Below are positions 1-10,664 of a DNA stretch of 39,113 bases, in pieces. This DNA comes from Atribacterota bacterium. GTDB lineage: Bacteria > Atribacterota > Phoenicimicrobiia > Phoenicimicrobiales > Stramentimicrobiaceae. The position numbers and the translations under genes are program-made. Each line of letters starts with the position of its first letter. Within the stretch, counting starts at the first letter, position 1. The stretch spans positions 1 through 39,113 of the forward strand of contig JAXGTM010000001.1 of NCBI GenBank assembly GCA_040774925.1. The letters run 5' to 3'. The notes under the pieces were generated by a model. The model searched no databases. It was not told where the DNA came from and worked only from the letters and a program-made list of their open reading frames with translations.

Positions 1-996
1 AATAATGAGTTATCAAAACCAGAAGTAATATCAAACCATGAACAATTTCAAAAATTGGCAAAAAGACACAGTGAGATTGCAAGAACTGCTCAACTATATA
101 TTGAATATAAGAAAATCGAGCAAGATATTCTTGAGAACGAACAATTAATTAAAAATGAAAAAGACCATGAATTGAATGAATTAATAAGAGAAGAATTAAC
201 AGAATTACACGAGAAACTGGAAAATACAAGAAATACTCTTTATGAAATGATGAATCCAGAAGATCCGCTAAACAAAAAAAATATTATTGTAGAGATAAGG
301 GCTGGCGCTGGCGGTGATGAGGCAGCACTTTTTGTAAGTGATTTATTTAGGATGTATTCTCGTTTTGCAGAAAGGAATCGCTGGAAAGTTGAAATTATGA
401 ATTCAAACCCCACTGGAATTGGTGGTTTCAAAGAGATAAGTTTTGGTATTACAGGAAAGAACGTGTTTGGTTCATTGAAACAGGAAAGTGGTGTACATAG
501 AGTACAGAGAATTCCGGTGACAGAGGCAGGGGGAAGAATTCATACCTCTACAGTTACTGTAGCAATCTTGCCCGAGGCAGAAGAGATTGACATAGAAATT
601 AATCCTAATGATATAAAAATTGACCGATTTCGTTCTACCGGTCCAGGTGGGCAAAGTGTCAATACGACCGATTCTGCAGTAAGAATAACTCATTTGCCTA
701 CAGGTATAGTAGTAACCTGTCAGGATGAAAAATCTCAGCATAAAAATAAAGACAAAGCTCTAAAGATTCTTAGAGCTCGGCTTTTAGATCGCCTGCATCA
801 GGAGCAAGATGAAGAAATAGGACAGCAGAGGAAAAAACAAGTAGGTACAGGCGACCGAAGTGAACGTATTAGGACCTATAATTTTCCTCAAAACAGAGTT
901 ACAGACCACCGTATTAACGCAAATTTTCACAATTTAGAAGATATCCTGGATGGAAATTTATTTGAAATAATCAATCAGTTTAAAGAAAGAGTTTAA
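1..996 (+). CDS. prfA: Peptide chain release factor 1, 5'-truncated by the window edge
   Basis: Frame 1 is open from nt 1 ([26 protein letters not shown]...), so the TTG at 55 is not the true start. Contains the RF1 PVT tripeptide motif (RIPVTE), the GGQ motif ([11 protein letters not shown]) and a typical RF1 C-terminus. Immediately followed by prmC, as in most bacteria. Confidence 0.95.
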   Translation, partial: NNELSKPEVISNHEQFQKLAKRHSEIARTAQLYIEYKKIEQDILENEQLIKNEKDHELNELIREELTELHEKLENTRNTLYEMMNPEDPLNKKNIIVEIRAGAGGDEAALFVSDLFRMYSRFAERNRWKVEIMNSNPTGIGGFKEISFGITGKNVFGSLKQESGVHRVQRIPVTEAGGRIHTSTVTVAILPEAEEIDIEINPNDIKIDRFRSTGPGGQSVNTTDSAVRITHLPTGIVVTCQDEKSQHKNKDKALKILRARLLDRLHQEQDEEIGQQRKKQVGTGDRSERIRTYNFPQNRVTDHRINANFHNLEDILDGNLFEIINQFKERV

Positions 997-1941
997 ATGG
1001 CTGCTTCTTTATCTGAAAAATATTTAGAAGATAATAATATACAGAGCATCGGAATATTGCTTGATATCGGGAAGAATATTTTAAAAGAGATTGGTAATAA
1101 CAGAGCTGAGGATGAAGCACTCCTCCTTATGAGTTACCTGCTAAATAAGTCTAAAAGTGAAATATTTTTAAATAGAACTGAAGCAATCCCTCCGGAAAAG
1201 AGCAAAAAATATATACGGTGGTTAAAAAAAAGAAAAAAAGGTGTGCCCATACAGCATATTACCGGATATCAGAATTTCATGGGGTTAGAATTTGCCGTCT
1301 CAAAAAATGTTTTTATACCAAGATTAGACACTGAAATTCTTGTTGAAGAAATTATTAGGATAATAGAGAATATTACTGAAGCAAAATGTTTACATTTAAT
1401 GGACCTGGGAACTGGTAGTGGAATAATACCAATTTCCATTTGTCATTATTTTAGAAATGAGAGTATAAATATAGATTTTTATGCAGTCGATATTTCTGTC
1501 GATGCAATCAAACTGGCAAAAAAAAATGCCAGACTTTTTAATTGCTGGAACAGAGTAAATTTTTATCATGGAAATCTCTTTCAGCCTTTTTCAGAAGAAA
1601 AATATATGAATTACTTTGATGGAATTATTTCTAATCCACCATATATTAGTAGAAAAGAGTGGAAAAATCTCTCTGATGAGGTTCGTCTATTTGATCCTCC
1701 GGATGCCTTGTTGGGAGGAGAAAACGGAATCGATTTTTATCACATTATTGTTAAAAAATCTTCAGAATTTTTAAAACCGGGAGGATTTTTAGCTTTAGAA
1801 ATTGGTAATGTGCAGAAAAAAAGTGTTTGCAATATCATAAATAATAGTGGCGATTTTCAGGAAGAAATTCTCACATTTCGTGATTATCATCAGAATGATC
1901 GGGTGATAATTGCATATAAAAAAAAGGTAAGAATTAGATAG
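997..1941 (+). CDS. prmC: Release-factor glutamine N5-methyltransferase (HemK/PrmC)
   Basis: ATG directly abuts the prfA stop. SAM-binding motif DLGTGSGI and catalytic NPPY (ISNPPYI). Classic prfA-prmC pairing. Confidence 0.9.
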   Translation: MAASLSEKYLEDNNIQSIGILLDIGKNILKEIGNNRAEDEALLLMSYLLNKSKSEIFLNRTEAIPPEKSKKYIRWLKKRKKGVPIQHITGYQNFMGLEFAVSKNVFIPRLDTEILVEEIIRIIENITEAKCLHLMDLGTGSGIIPISICHYFRNESINIDFYAVDISVDAIKLAKKNARLFNCWNRVNFYHGNLFQPFSEEKYMNYFDGIISNPPYISRKEWKNLSDEVRLFDPPDALLGGENGIDFYHIIVKKSSEFLKPGGFLALEIGNVQKKSVCNIINNSGDFQEEILTFRDYHQNDRVIIAYKKKVRIR

Positions 1942-1951
1942 AGGGGTAGAA

Positions 1952-2428
1952 TTGGAAAAGAAAAAAATCCTTTTTGTTTGTACTGGAAATACCTGTCGTA
2001 GTGTGATGGCAAAGGCATTATTTCAAAAAATGGTTGGTGAGATAACCCCTGAATTAAGATACTATGCTGATTCTGCTGGCATTGCAGCTGAAGTTGGTGC
2101 GTCAGCCAGTAAAGAGGCAATTTCCTGCATGGCTGAACTGGATATTGATATAATGGAGCATCGAGCTAAAATCGTTGATAGCAATCTTCTCGAAGAATCT
2201 TCTCTTATTTTAACTATGACAAAAGGGCAGATGAACCACTTGATAGAAAAAAATCCCTTAATAAAAAATAAAACCTTTCTTTTTAAACCTTTCTGTCATC
2301 AAAAAATATATATGATAAATGGAGAGATAGAAGATCCTTTCGGAAGAGGTCTTATTTTTTATCAGAAATTATGTATAGATTTAAAGAAAGATATTAAAAA
2401 ATTAATTTCCCATTTGAGAAAGGGTTAA
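1952..2428 (+). CDS. Low-molecular-weight phosphatase family protein, YwlE-like (likely protein-arginine phosphatase)
   Basis: TTG start 5 nt after GAGGGG. N-terminal P-loop VCTGNTCRSVMA (CX5R-S) and a DPFG-type Asp loop (EDPFG). Sits just before rpiB, as ywlE does in Bacillus. Confidence 0.85.
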   Translation: MEKKKILFVCTGNTCRSVMAKALFQKMVGEITPELRYYADSAGIAAEVGASASKEAISCMAELDIDIMEHRAKIVDSNLLEESSLILTMTKGQMNHLIEKNPLIKNKTFLFKPFCHQKIYMINGEIEDPFGRGLIFYQKLCIDLKKDIKKLISHLRKG

Positions 2429-2432
2429 AATT

Positions 2433-2888
2433 ATGGAAAAAGTTAACAAAATAGCTATTGCCAGTGATCATGGAGGGTATGAGCTCAAAAATCATATCAT
2501 TGATTTTTTAAAGCAATCACTCTATATCTATAAAGATTTTGGATGTTATGATCTTAAATCAGTTGATTACCCGGACTATGCTCAGAAGGTTAGTAAAGCT
2601 ATTATTAGCAATGACTATCAATCAGGTATTCTTGTCTGCGGAACTGGTATAGGAATGTCTATAGCAGCAAATAAAATTAAAGGCATAAGGGCTGCTCTAT
2701 GTCATGACACTTTTTCTGCACGAATGGCAAAAGAACATAATAAATCGAATATTCTCACTCTCGGTGAAAGGGTGATTGGCAAAGGTCTGGCTATTGAGAT
2801 TGTGAAGATATGGTTAATGGCTGAATTCAGTCAGGAAAGTCGTCACATCGTAAGATTGCAAAAAATAGAGGACCTATACGATAAATAG
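2433..2888 (+). CDS. rpiB: Ribose-5-phosphate isomerase B (RpiB/LacA/LacB family)
   Basis: IAIASDHGGYELK N-terminus, CGTGIGMSIAANK motif, about 150 aa. Confidence 0.9.
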   Translation: MEKVNKIAIASDHGGYELKNHIIDFLKQSLYIYKDFGCYDLKSVDYPDYAQKVSKAIISNDYQSGILVCGTGIGMSIAANKIKGIRAALCHDTFSARMAKEHNKSNILTLGERVIGKGLAIEIVKIWLMAEFSQESRHIVRLQKIEDLYDK

Positions 2889-2987
2889 TTAACCTATCTG
2901 GTTGAAAATGTTATACCATATTCGATAGAACTGAACATAAAGTCATTATTTTTTGTAATAAATATTAGTAGATAGGAAGGATAAATT

Positions 2988-3617
2988 ATGGATGGAGTAA
3001 TAATACCTGACCACCCCCTGATCCAACACAAACTTACCCTTCTTAGAGATAAGAATACTGCTAGGAAAGATTTCAGGGAGATAATGGAAGAACTATCAAT
3101 TTTAATGGCTTACGAAGTTACCAGAGATATGACTTTAAAAGAAGTTAAGATTGAAACTCCTGTTTCAATGTCAACAGGAAAAAAAATATTTGGGGAAGAA
3201 GTAGTTATTATTGCAATTTTGAGGGCAGGCCTCGGCATGGTAAGCGGATTATTACGACTATTGCCTCTCGCCAGGGTAGGTCATATAGGCATCTATCGTG
3301 AACCGGATACTTTAAATCCAATCTATTATTACAAAAAATTACCTGTTGATATTAAAGGAAAAGATGTGATTATAGTTGATCCTATGCTGGCAACTGGCGG
3401 AACTGCTGTTGCAGCGATAGAATTTATCAAGAATATTTCTGAAGCAAAGATAAAATTTGTATGTCTGTTTGCTGCTCCAGAAGGTATTAAAAAAATTAAA
3501 AATAATTTTAATGACATAACAATTTACACCGCAACTATTGACCATGGATTGAACAGTAACGCATATATTGTTCCAGGTTTAGGTGATGCTGGTGACCGAC
3601 TCTTTGGGACTGAGTAG
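2988..3617 (+). CDS. upp: Uracil phosphoribosyltransferase
   Basis: AGGAAGGA RBS. HPLIQHKLTLLRDK N-terminus, PRPP loop DPMLATGGT, C-terminal YIVPGLGDAGDRLFGT. Confidence 0.95.
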   Translation: MDGVIIPDHPLIQHKLTLLRDKNTARKDFREIMEELSILMAYEVTRDMTLKEVKIETPVSMSTGKKIFGEEVVIIAILRAGLGMVSGLLRLLPLARVGHIGIYREPDTLNPIYYYKKLPVDIKGKDVIIVDPMLATGGTAVAAIEFIKNISEAKIKFVCLFAAPEGIKKIKNNFNDITIYTATIDHGLNSNAYIVPGLGDAGDRLFGTE

Positions 3618-3693
3618 AAATCAGAAATACGTGTCAATTATTAAAAAAGAATATTTTAGTTAATATAAATATAAGAAACTTATTAAAAAGAGA

Positions 3694-3729
3694 TTCACCT
3701 TCAGTAATTTAATGAAGGTGAAAGTTTTT
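3694..3729 (+). terminator. Rho-independent terminator downstream of upp
   Basis: Perfect 10-bp stem TTCACCTTCA (3694-3703) / TGAAGGTGAA (3713-3722), 9-nt loop, followed by AGTTTTT. Confidence 0.7.
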
Positions 3730-3781
3730 AATTTCTGATACAGGTAAATAATAAAACTGAGTTAAAAGTTAGGGAGGAATT

Positions 3782-4222
3782 ATGTCCAGACCATCCTGGA
3801 ATGAATACTTTATGCAGATTGCAGTACTGGTTTCAGAAAGATCTACTTGCCTGAGGAGGAAGGTAGGGGCAATAATAGTAAAAGACAAGAGAATTCTGAC
3901 GACCGGATATAATGGCGTTCCCCGTAATCTGTCTCATTGCGCAGAAGTGGGGTGTTTGCGTGATAAGATGGGGATTCTTCCAGGAAAAAATCAGGAACTT
4001 TGTCGTGGTTTACATGCAGAGCAAAATGCCATTATTCAGGCAGCTTTGCATGGCATAAGTATAGACAATAGCATCCTTTATTGTACAGAACAGCCATGCA
4101 TTACCTGTGCAAAGATGCTCATTAACGCTGGTATTAGTAAAGTATTTTACCTTAACAGCTACCCTGATGAATTAGCCAGAGAAATATTACAAGAAGCGGG
4201 AATCGAAGAGAATTTATTATGA
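3782..4222 (+). CDS. dCMP deaminase (ComEB-type cytidine/deoxycytidylate deaminase)
   Basis: GGGAGG RBS. Zinc motifs HAEQNAI and PCITCAK. About 146 aa. Confidence 0.85.
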   Translation: MSRPSWNEYFMQIAVLVSERSTCLRRKVGAIIVKDKRILTTGYNGVPRNLSHCAEVGCLRDKMGILPGKNQELCRGLHAEQNAIIQAALHGISIDNSILYCTEQPCITCAKMLINAGISKVFYLNSYPDELAREILQEAGIEENLL

Positions 4223-5403
4223 AGAAAATCCCTGATAAAAAAATAAAGATTGCTTTTATCTTCGGGACAAGACCCGAATCAATTAAGATGTATCCTGTCA
4301 TTAAAGAGGCACAAAAATACCCTGATTTTATAGAACTGTACACTATTTTGACTGCCCAGCACAGGGAGATGTTAGATCAAATGATTGACCTTTTTCAGAT
4401 TAGGCCTAATGTAGATTTGAATATTATGAATCATGGGCAATCACTGACCAGCTTAAATTCAACTACTATACTTAAATTGGAAGAAGTTTTTAAGGAAATC
4501 AAGCCAGATTTAGTTTTGGTGCAAGGCGATACTACCACCACATTTTCTGGTGCCCTGGCAGCTTTTTATCAGAAAATAAAAATAGGACATATTGAAGCAG
4601 GATTGAGAACTAATAAAAAATACTACCCATTCCCGGAAGAGATTAATAGACGATTAACAACAGTGCTTGCTGATTATCACTTTACACCTACTGTACTTGC
4701 TAGCAGGATGCTTTTAGATGAAGGAATTTTAAAAGAAAATATAGTTGTTACTGGAAATACGGTAATAGATGCCTTAATGCTTATGCAGGAAGAAAAATTC
4801 AGATTTAACGATTCAAGAATTAATCAATTTATCGAACAGAATAGACGTGTCTTGTTAGTTACAACACATAGACGGGAAAATTGGGGTGAACCGCTCTCAG
4901 AAATATGTCAGGCACTTACAAAAATAGTAGAAAAACACAAAGATGTTGTTATATTTTTTCCAATTCATAAAAATCCAATTGTTAGAGAGATAGTATATAA
5001 ATATCTTAAAAACAGAGAAAACATTGTCCTATTAGAGCCTTTGGATTATCGTGAAATGGCAAATTTAATGGCACTCTCAACTGTAATTTTAACTGATTCC
5101 GGAGGAATACAGGAAGAAGCTCCTTCTCTAGGAAAACCGGTACTGATTTTAAGAGAAGAGACAGAAAGACCCGAAATACTCAATATCGGTGCGGCAAAGT
5201 TGGTTGGTACTAATAAGGATGTCATTTGTAGTGAAATTGATTTGTTGTTGGGAGATAAGAATTATTATGAAAATATGGTAGCTCAAAAATCACCTTATGG
5301 TGATGGCCTCGCTTCAAAGAGAATTATTCAATATATTCTGTATAAATGGCATTATTTGGATAGTCTGCCTGAAGAGTTTATAGTCTCCCTGGAAAATCAT
5401 TAA
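4219..5403 (+). CDS. wecB: UDP-N-acetylglucosamine 2-epimerase (non-hydrolysing)
   Basis: IFGTRPE N-terminus, [26 protein letters not shown] motifs. Start overlaps the upstream stop by 4 nt (ATGA). Confidence 0.9.
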   Translation: MKKIPDKKIKIAFIFGTRPESIKMYPVIKEAQKYPDFIELYTILTAQHREMLDQMIDLFQIRPNVDLNIMNHGQSLTSLNSTTILKLEEVFKEIKPDLVLVQGDTTTTFSGALAAFYQKIKIGHIEAGLRTNKKYYPFPEEINRRLTTVLADYHFTPTVLASRMLLDEGILKENIVVTGNTVIDALMLMQEEKFRFNDSRINQFIEQNRRVLLVTTHRRENWGEPLSEICQALTKIVEKHKDVVIFFPIHKNPIVREIVYKYLKNRENIVLLEPLDYREMANLMALSTVILTDSGGIQEEAPSLGKPVLILREETERPEILNIGAAKLVGTNKDVICSEIDLLLGDKNYYENMVAQKSPYGDGLASKRIIQYILYKWHYLDSLPEEFIVSLENH

Positions 5404-5450
5404 TAGTAAATAGGTTTAAAACCGAAATTATAATAGGAAAGCAGTAAGAA

Positions 5451-6134
5451 ATGTTACCATTATGGGATGAAATACCAACCAGAAGAATACCGTTAATAAC
5501 CTTAATTATCATTATAATCAATTGCCTGGTATATTATTATCAGATATTTATGGTTGCCGACCCAAATATTTTTATCTATTCTTATGGACTGATACCATAC
5601 GAAATCAGTAATGGTATCTCTATTTCCCATCCTGGGCCCTCTTCAGTATATATTACTATCCTCTCGTCAATGTTTATGCATGGAAGCTTTTTTCATCTTT
5701 TTGGCAATATGCTTTACCTGTGGATTTTTGGAAATAATGTTGAAGACTATCTTGGAAAGTTACGTTTCATCCTTTTTTATATCCTATCAGGTTTTTTTGC
5801 TGCTCTGGGACAGGTTCTAATTAGTCCACACTCAACTGTTCCTATGATCGGGGCAAGTGGAGCTGTTGCCGGAATTTTAGGAGCATATTTTATTCTTTTT
5901 CCCAGAGCAAGAATAACTACACTTATATTTTTCGGGTTTTTTATCCGCCTGGTTAAACTTCCAGCCATATTTGTTCTAGGACTCTGGATAATTTTTCAAT
6001 TTTTTTACGGGTTTTCAGAATTGTCAACAGTAGGTAGAGATGCAGGGGTTGCCTGGTTTGCACATATAGGTGGATTTATTGGTGGTATAATTCTGATAAA
6101 AATATTTAAACCGGTTAAACATAAATATTATTAA
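5451..6134 (+). CDS. Rhomboid-family intramembrane serine protease
   Basis: Multi-pass hydrophobic protein with HGSFFHLFGNMLYLW, catalytic GASGAVAGILGAY and AHIGGFIGG motifs. Confidence 0.85.
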   Translation: MLPLWDEIPTRRIPLITLIIIIINCLVYYYQIFMVADPNIFIYSYGLIPYEISNGISISHPGPSSVYITILSSMFMHGSFFHLFGNMLYLWIFGNNVEDYLGKLRFILFYILSGFFAALGQVLISPHSTVPMIGASGAVAGILGAYFILFPRARITTLIFFGFFIRLVKLPAIFVLGLWIIFQFFYGFSELSTVGRDAGVAWFAHIGGFIGGIILIKIFKPVKHKYY

Positions 6135-6160
6135 TATATAGAGGTGATAAACAGTATTGC

Positions 6161-6201
6161 AAACCGGAAGTAAAAGATGCTACTTTGCTAATCCGGTTTT
6201 T
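6161..6201 (+). terminator. Rho-independent terminator downstream of the rhomboid gene
   Basis: AAACCGGA (6161-6168) pairs with TCCGGTTT (6192-6199); the T-run continues to 6201. Confidence 0.7.
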
Positions 6202-6391
6202 GCTAATTTCAATTTATTATTATATAATTCTTATGTGCAGCCAGTCAAAGTTACTTTTTATACTCAATATTCAACTTTGAAAAGATTATTTGATCAGAAA
6301 ATGTTTATTGTATCAGGTATTATAATTAATAATTAAAAACGTTTTAATAATAGAAAATAATTATGCAACAGGTTAAGAAGGAGTATTTATT

Positions 6392-7111
6392 ATGAATAAT
6401 GGCTATTTTATTACCTTAGAGGGTTTTGAAGGTTCCGGGAAAACTACTCTGGCAAAATTGTTATACCAGTTATTGTTAGAAAATGGCTTCCAGGTAATGC
6501 TGGCTAAGGAACCGGGAGGCACCCTGATTGGTGATAAAATTAGAAAGATTGTGCTGGAAAGGGGAAATGAGGAATTAGGATACAAAGCCGAGTTGTTGCT
6601 CTTTACTGCATCCAGAGCTGAAAATGTAAGAATAAATATAAAGCCTTCCCTTGAAAAAGGCTTCATAGTTATTTGTGATAGATACTTTGATTCTACCACA
6701 GCCTATCAGGGATACGGTAGAGGTATCGATATGGATGTAATAAACTATCTAAATAATTTTGCAGTAGAAGATGTCATTCCTGATCTGACCATTTTTCTAG
6801 ATGTCGATACCGAGGTGGGGTTAAAGAGAGCTACCAGCCTTAATACAAACTTAGAATTACGTTTTGAAGATGAATTTTTACAGAAAAAGAAAGTAGATGG
6901 GGAGTTGTTTCTGGAAAGAGTTCGAAAAGGATACTATCAGATTGCCGGACAAAACCCGAAAAGGATACAGATAGTTGATGCAAATCGTGATATTTCAGAG
7001 CTAATTGATGAAATGATAGCAATTCTTAATGGCAGATTATCAAAAAAATTTAAAAAAGAAGTTATTCTAAAGAGAATGACAGGCATTCATAATGGAAAAG
7101 GCATTCGGTAA
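6392..7111 (+). CDS. tmk: Thymidylate kinase, with a short basic C-terminal extension
   Basis: AAGGAG RBS. P-loop FITLEGFEGSGKTT and DRYFDST motif. Confidence 0.9.
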   Translation: MNNGYFITLEGFEGSGKTTLAKLLYQLLLENGFQVMLAKEPGGTLIGDKIRKIVLERGNEELGYKAELLLFTASRAENVRINIKPSLEKGFIVICDRYFDSTTAYQGYGRGIDMDVINYLNNFAVEDVIPDLTIFLDVDTEVGLKRATSLNTNLELRFEDEFLQKKKVDGELFLERVRKGYYQIAGQNPKRIQIVDANRDISELIDEMIAILNGRLSKKFKKEVILKRMTGIHNGKGIR

Positions 7112-7122
7112 TAATTTTAAAT

Positions 7123-8118
7123 ATGATTGATTTTAAAAAAATAGTTGGTCAAAAAAAACCTATTCAACAACTAAAAAATATAATTAAATATGAACAGATA
7201 GGTCACGCTTATCTTTTTACCGGTAGAGAAGGTACCGGTAAAAAGATATCTGCAATCGCCTTTGCCAAAGCAATTAACTGCCATCATCTGTCTGAAGACT
7301 TTAATCCGTGTAATCATTGCCCTTCCTGTCTGAAAATTGAAAATGGTACACATCCGGATTTTCATTTAATTACTCCAGATAACTATATGATACTCCTTAA
7401 TCAAATTCAGGATATTAAAAAGACCATTTTCTGGAAGCCATTGGATAGCAGAAAGAAAATCTTCCTTATAGATGATGCGCATAAAATGAATGACGAAGCC
7501 TCCAACTCATTATTAAAAATTTTAGAAGAACCTCCTCCATTTGCTGTAATTATATTGATTACAGACAAACCAAGAAATTTATTATCCACAATTTTATCCA
7601 GATGTAATAGAATTTCCTTCTTTCCCATAAGTATAGCTGAACAGAAAAAAGTACTTTTAAGTATGAATGAAAGTATAGATATCAGGCTGTTAGATGAGGC
7701 TATCATATTTTCTGCAGGCAGTTATAGTAAAACATTAGAATTAATTAATAATCCCGCCGGTATAAAAGAAAGGCATAAACTTCTAGAATGGCTTTCGGAA
7801 TCTAACCCAAAAAAATTACTTGAAAAGTTATTTTCTTCGCCAGAAAAAGAGCTGAAAAATATTCTACACTCCTTTCTGGATTTTACTGAGATGATGATTC
7901 TCTGGTTTCGTGATATACTATTTTTTCAGTTAGAATTGGGGCCTGAAACACTATCTTTCCCGAACAGAATAGACAAAATCAGAGAGTTTGCCAATTATTA
8001 TTCTAAGGACAAAATAATCTCTGTATTAGAATATCTGGCAGAAATACCTGATAAGGTAGAAAAATATATTCAACCGAAAATATTGTTAGAAAATTTCATT
8101 ATACAATTAGGTGATTGA
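7123..8118 (+). CDS. holB: DNA polymerase III subunit delta'
   Basis: GHAYLFTGREGTGK, Zn module CHH..CNHCPSC, LLKILEEPP, SRC motif. Follows tmk as in Bacillus. Confidence 0.85.
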   Translation: MIDFKKIVGQKKPIQQLKNIIKYEQIGHAYLFTGREGTGKKISAIAFAKAINCHHLSEDFNPCNHCPSCLKIENGTHPDFHLITPDNYMILLNQIQDIKKTIFWKPLDSRKKIFLIDDAHKMNDEASNSLLKILEEPPPFAVIILITDKPRNLLSTILSRCNRISFFPISIAEQKKVLLSMNESIDIRLLDEAIIFSAGSYSKTLELINNPAGIKERHKLLEWLSESNPKKLLEKLFSSPEKELKNILHSFLDFTEMMILWFRDILFFQLELGPETLSFPNRIDKIREFANYYSKDKIISVLEYLAEIPDKVEKYIQPKILLENFIIQLGD

Positions 8119-9005
8119 TGATGCCCAAAGTTATCGGAATTCAATTTCGTCATTCGAATGTTATTTATTATTTTAAATATGGAAAACAGGTTCCTGAGAT
8201 GGAAGACCTCTGTGTGGTAAAAACATCGATGGGACTGGATATAGGAAAGGTGGTTACGCCGGTATTGGAACTTGAGCCAGAAGAACTGGAAGAGCCACTT
8301 AAACCAATTGTTCGTAAAGCTACAGAAGAAGATTGTGAGAAATGGGAAAAAATAAAGGCAGAAGAACGTGAAGCCTTTATAATAGGCATGGAAAAAATAG
8401 ATAGACTAAGTCTCGAAATATACCTTATCAGCTGTAAATATTTATTTGATAAGAGCCGCCTGGTATTCTATTTTTATGCTGACAACAGAGTCGATTTTCG
8501 TGAATTAGTTAAAGAAATTGCAGCACAATTCAAAACAAAAATTGAATTGAAACAGATTGGCGTCAGGGATAAAGCAAAAATGGTCGGTGGATTGGGTATA
8601 TGTGGCAGACCATTATGCTGCTCAGTTTTTTTAACTGACTTTAAACCGGTACCGATAAATGTGGCAAAAATGCAGAGTGTAGCCCTGAATCTTTCAAAAA
8701 TATCCGGTATTTGTGGCCGGTTAAAATGCTGCCTTAACTATGAAGCTCAGTTTTATCAGGAAGAATTAAAAAAATATCCTAAAATGGGCAGTCATGTAAA
8801 AATAAATGAGGAAAAAGAGGGGAAAGTTGTAGAGGTAAATGTTCTCAGTAGATATATGATTATTGAAACATTGGAAAAAGAGGATAATGAAAGTATTAAA
8901 AATAGGATTAAACTATCACTTGAAGATTGGCAAAAAAATAGTAATAGGATAAATAGAGAAACACATCATGCAAAAAGTAACTCTACAACCAGGAGAAACA
9001 ATTGA
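8115..9005 (+). CDS. PSP1-domain protein (YaaT/RicT-like)
   Basis: PSP1 core with paired Cys clusters (GICGRPLCC ... ISGICGRLKCCLNYE). Start ambiguous among TTG 8115, ATG 8118 and ATG 8121, overlapping the holB stop. Follows holB as yaaT does in Bacillus. Confidence 0.85.
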   Translation: MMMPKVIGIQFRHSNVIYYFKYGKQVPEMEDLCVVKTSMGLDIGKVVTPVLELEPEELEEPLKPIVRKATEEDCEKWEKIKAEEREAFIIGMEKIDRLSLEIYLISCKYLFDKSRLVFYFYADNRVDFRELVKEIAAQFKTKIELKQIGVRDKAKMVGGLGICGRPLCCSVFLTDFKPVPINVAKMQSVALNLSKISGICGRLKCCLNYEAQFYQEELKKYPKMGSHVKINEEKEGKVVEVNVLSRYMIIETLEKEDNESIKNRIKLSLEDWQKNSNRINRETHHAKSNSTTRRNN

Positions 9006-9666
9006 GCATCTGGGTGAATATCAGCTAAAACTCATACAAAGTAAGAATAACTACTGTTTTTCAATAGATGCAATTTTACTTGCTGAATTCATAAAGACAA
9101 AAAAATGGGAAAAAATTATCGATTTAGGTACCGGTTGCGGTATAATCCCTCTTTTGATCTACCGTCCGAATAAAAAAAATACTATTTATGGGGTTGAAAT
9201 TCAGGATAATCTGGCATCTATTGCCAGGAGAAATATTTTACTGAATTGTCTGGAAGAAGAAATATTTATTTTACATGATGATATAAACAATCTCAGGGAA
9301 AAATTTTCCGGTGAGACTTTTGATATAATAACTACTAACCCGCCCTATAATCCGGGTGGCAGGGGAAAGATTATATCCAATCATGAGCAGCTAATTGCCC
9401 GACATGAAATACATATAGATTTAGAGAGTATTCTAAAAATCAGTAATTATCTTTTAAAAAAGGGCGGCAGAATATATTTTATCCATAGAGCAGATATCTT
9501 TGTTCCGATATTAACTGCTCTGAAGAAAAACAATTTTGAACCTAAAATATTACAATTTATCTATACAAAAAAGGATAAAGAAGCTAAAAGATTTCTTCTT
9601 GAAGCCAGAAAAGAAGGAGGAACTGAACTCAAAGTACTTCCTCCCATTTTTCTGCCAGAAAAGTAA
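8968..9666 (+). CDS. SAM-dependent methyltransferase, YabB/TrmN6 (tRNA adenine-N6) family
   Basis: DLGTGCGIIP SAM motif and TNPPYN catalytic motif. Overlaps the PSP1 gene by 38 nt. Confidence 0.7.
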   Translation: MQKVTLQPGETIEHLGEYQLKLIQSKNNYCFSIDAILLAEFIKTKKWEKIIDLGTGCGIIPLLIYRPNKKNTIYGVEIQDNLASIARRNILLNCLEEEIFILHDDINNLREKFSGETFDIITTNPPYNPGGRGKIISNHEQLIARHEIHIDLESILKISNYLLKKGGRIYFIHRADIFVPILTALKKNNFEPKILQFIYTKKDKEAKRFLLEARKEGGTELKVLPPIFLPEK

Positions 9667-9688
9667 ATATGCAAATAATACAAAAGAT

Positions 9689-9736
9689 AAACAAGAATAA
9701 TAAACACTTATTGTATAAAACTTTATTATTCTGTTT
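9689..9736. repeat. AT-rich inverted repeat (15 bp with one bulge, 17-nt loop) in the trmN6-like/rsmI spacer
   Basis: AAACAAGAATAATAAA (9689-9704) versus TTTATTATTCTGTTT (9722-9736). No following U-tract. Confidence 0.5.
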
Positions 9737-9758
9737 ATGAAAAGATTATATAAATTAT

Positions 9759-10664
9759 ATGCCTGGTTCTCTTATGAGTAATAAACAAGCTGGTAAACTG
9801 TATATATGTGGTACTCCGATCGGTAATCTGGAAGACATCACTCTTCGCTGCCTGTCAACTTTAAAAAAAACAGATTTAATTGCGGCAGAAGATACCCGTC
9901 ATACAAGAATTTTGCTGACACATTATCAGATCAGTAAGCCCGTTATCAGCTATCATAAATTCAGCAAAGAAAAGAAAATAGAATATATTTTACAACAATT
10001 AAAAGATGGGAAAAATGTAGCCTTATTATCGGATGCAGGAATGCCGGGCATCTGTGACCCGGGATTTGAAATTATCAACAGGTCTATTGAAGAAGGTATT
10101 GCTATTGAGCCTATTCCAGGGGTTTCAGCCTCAATAACTGCTCTTGTATTATCAGGCTTCGCTATGGACCGTTTTATCTTTATGGGGTTCATTCCAAGAA
10201 GAAAAAAAGAAAAGGAAAAATTTTTTTCAGCACTGAAAAATGATGATAGAACTATGATTTTCTATGAGACACCCCATAGAATTATTGATACCCTTTCTGT
10301 TCTTAAAAATATATTTGGTAAAAGAAGGATTGTTATAGCCAGAGAATTGACAAAACTATTTGAAGAAATTATTAGGGGAGATACTTTCTCTGTAATTGAA
10401 AAATTGGATTCTAAAACTATTAAGGGTGAAATAACACTGGTTTTGGAAGGAAATAGAGTTAAAGAGAGGGAAGAAATATTATCAGAGATAATGACCGAAG
10501 AAAAATTAAGAAAAGAGATAAAGAACTATCTGGATAGAGGGTATTACAATAAAGATATTGTAGCTTTTATCAATGAAGAGTATCATATATCAAAAAAAAC
10601 AATATATAAAAAAATTCTGGAATTAAGGAAAGAGACAAACAACTGTAAAAGTATAACAGTTTAG
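9759..10664 (+). CDS. rsmI: 16S rRNA (cytidine1402-2'-O)-methyltransferase
   Basis: GKLYICGTPIGNLEDIT, AEDTRHT, SDAGMPGICDPG motifs. ATG 9774 is an alternative start. Confidence 0.9.
   Translation: MPGSLMSNKQAGKLYICGTPIGNLEDITLRCLSTLKKTDLIAAEDTRHTRILLTHYQISKPVISYHKFSKEKKIEYILQQLKDGKNVALLSDAGMPGICDPGFEIINRSIEEGIAIEPIPGVSASITALVLSGFAMDRFIFMGFIPRRKKEKEKFFSALKNDDRTMIFYETPHRIIDTLSVLKNIFGKRRIVIARELTKLFEEIIRGDTFSVIEKLDSKTIKGEITLVLEGNRVKEREEILSEIMTEEKLRKEIKNYLDRGYYNKDIVAFINEEYHISKKTIYKKILELRKETNNCKSITV

Noticed and set aside
5611-5820. Same-strand alternative-frame ORFs inside the rhomboid gene (5611-5820) and inside alaS (29185-29442)
   Set aside because: Both are embedded out of frame in strongly conserved genes. 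They have no RBS and their products are featureless, so they are treated as chance ORFs.
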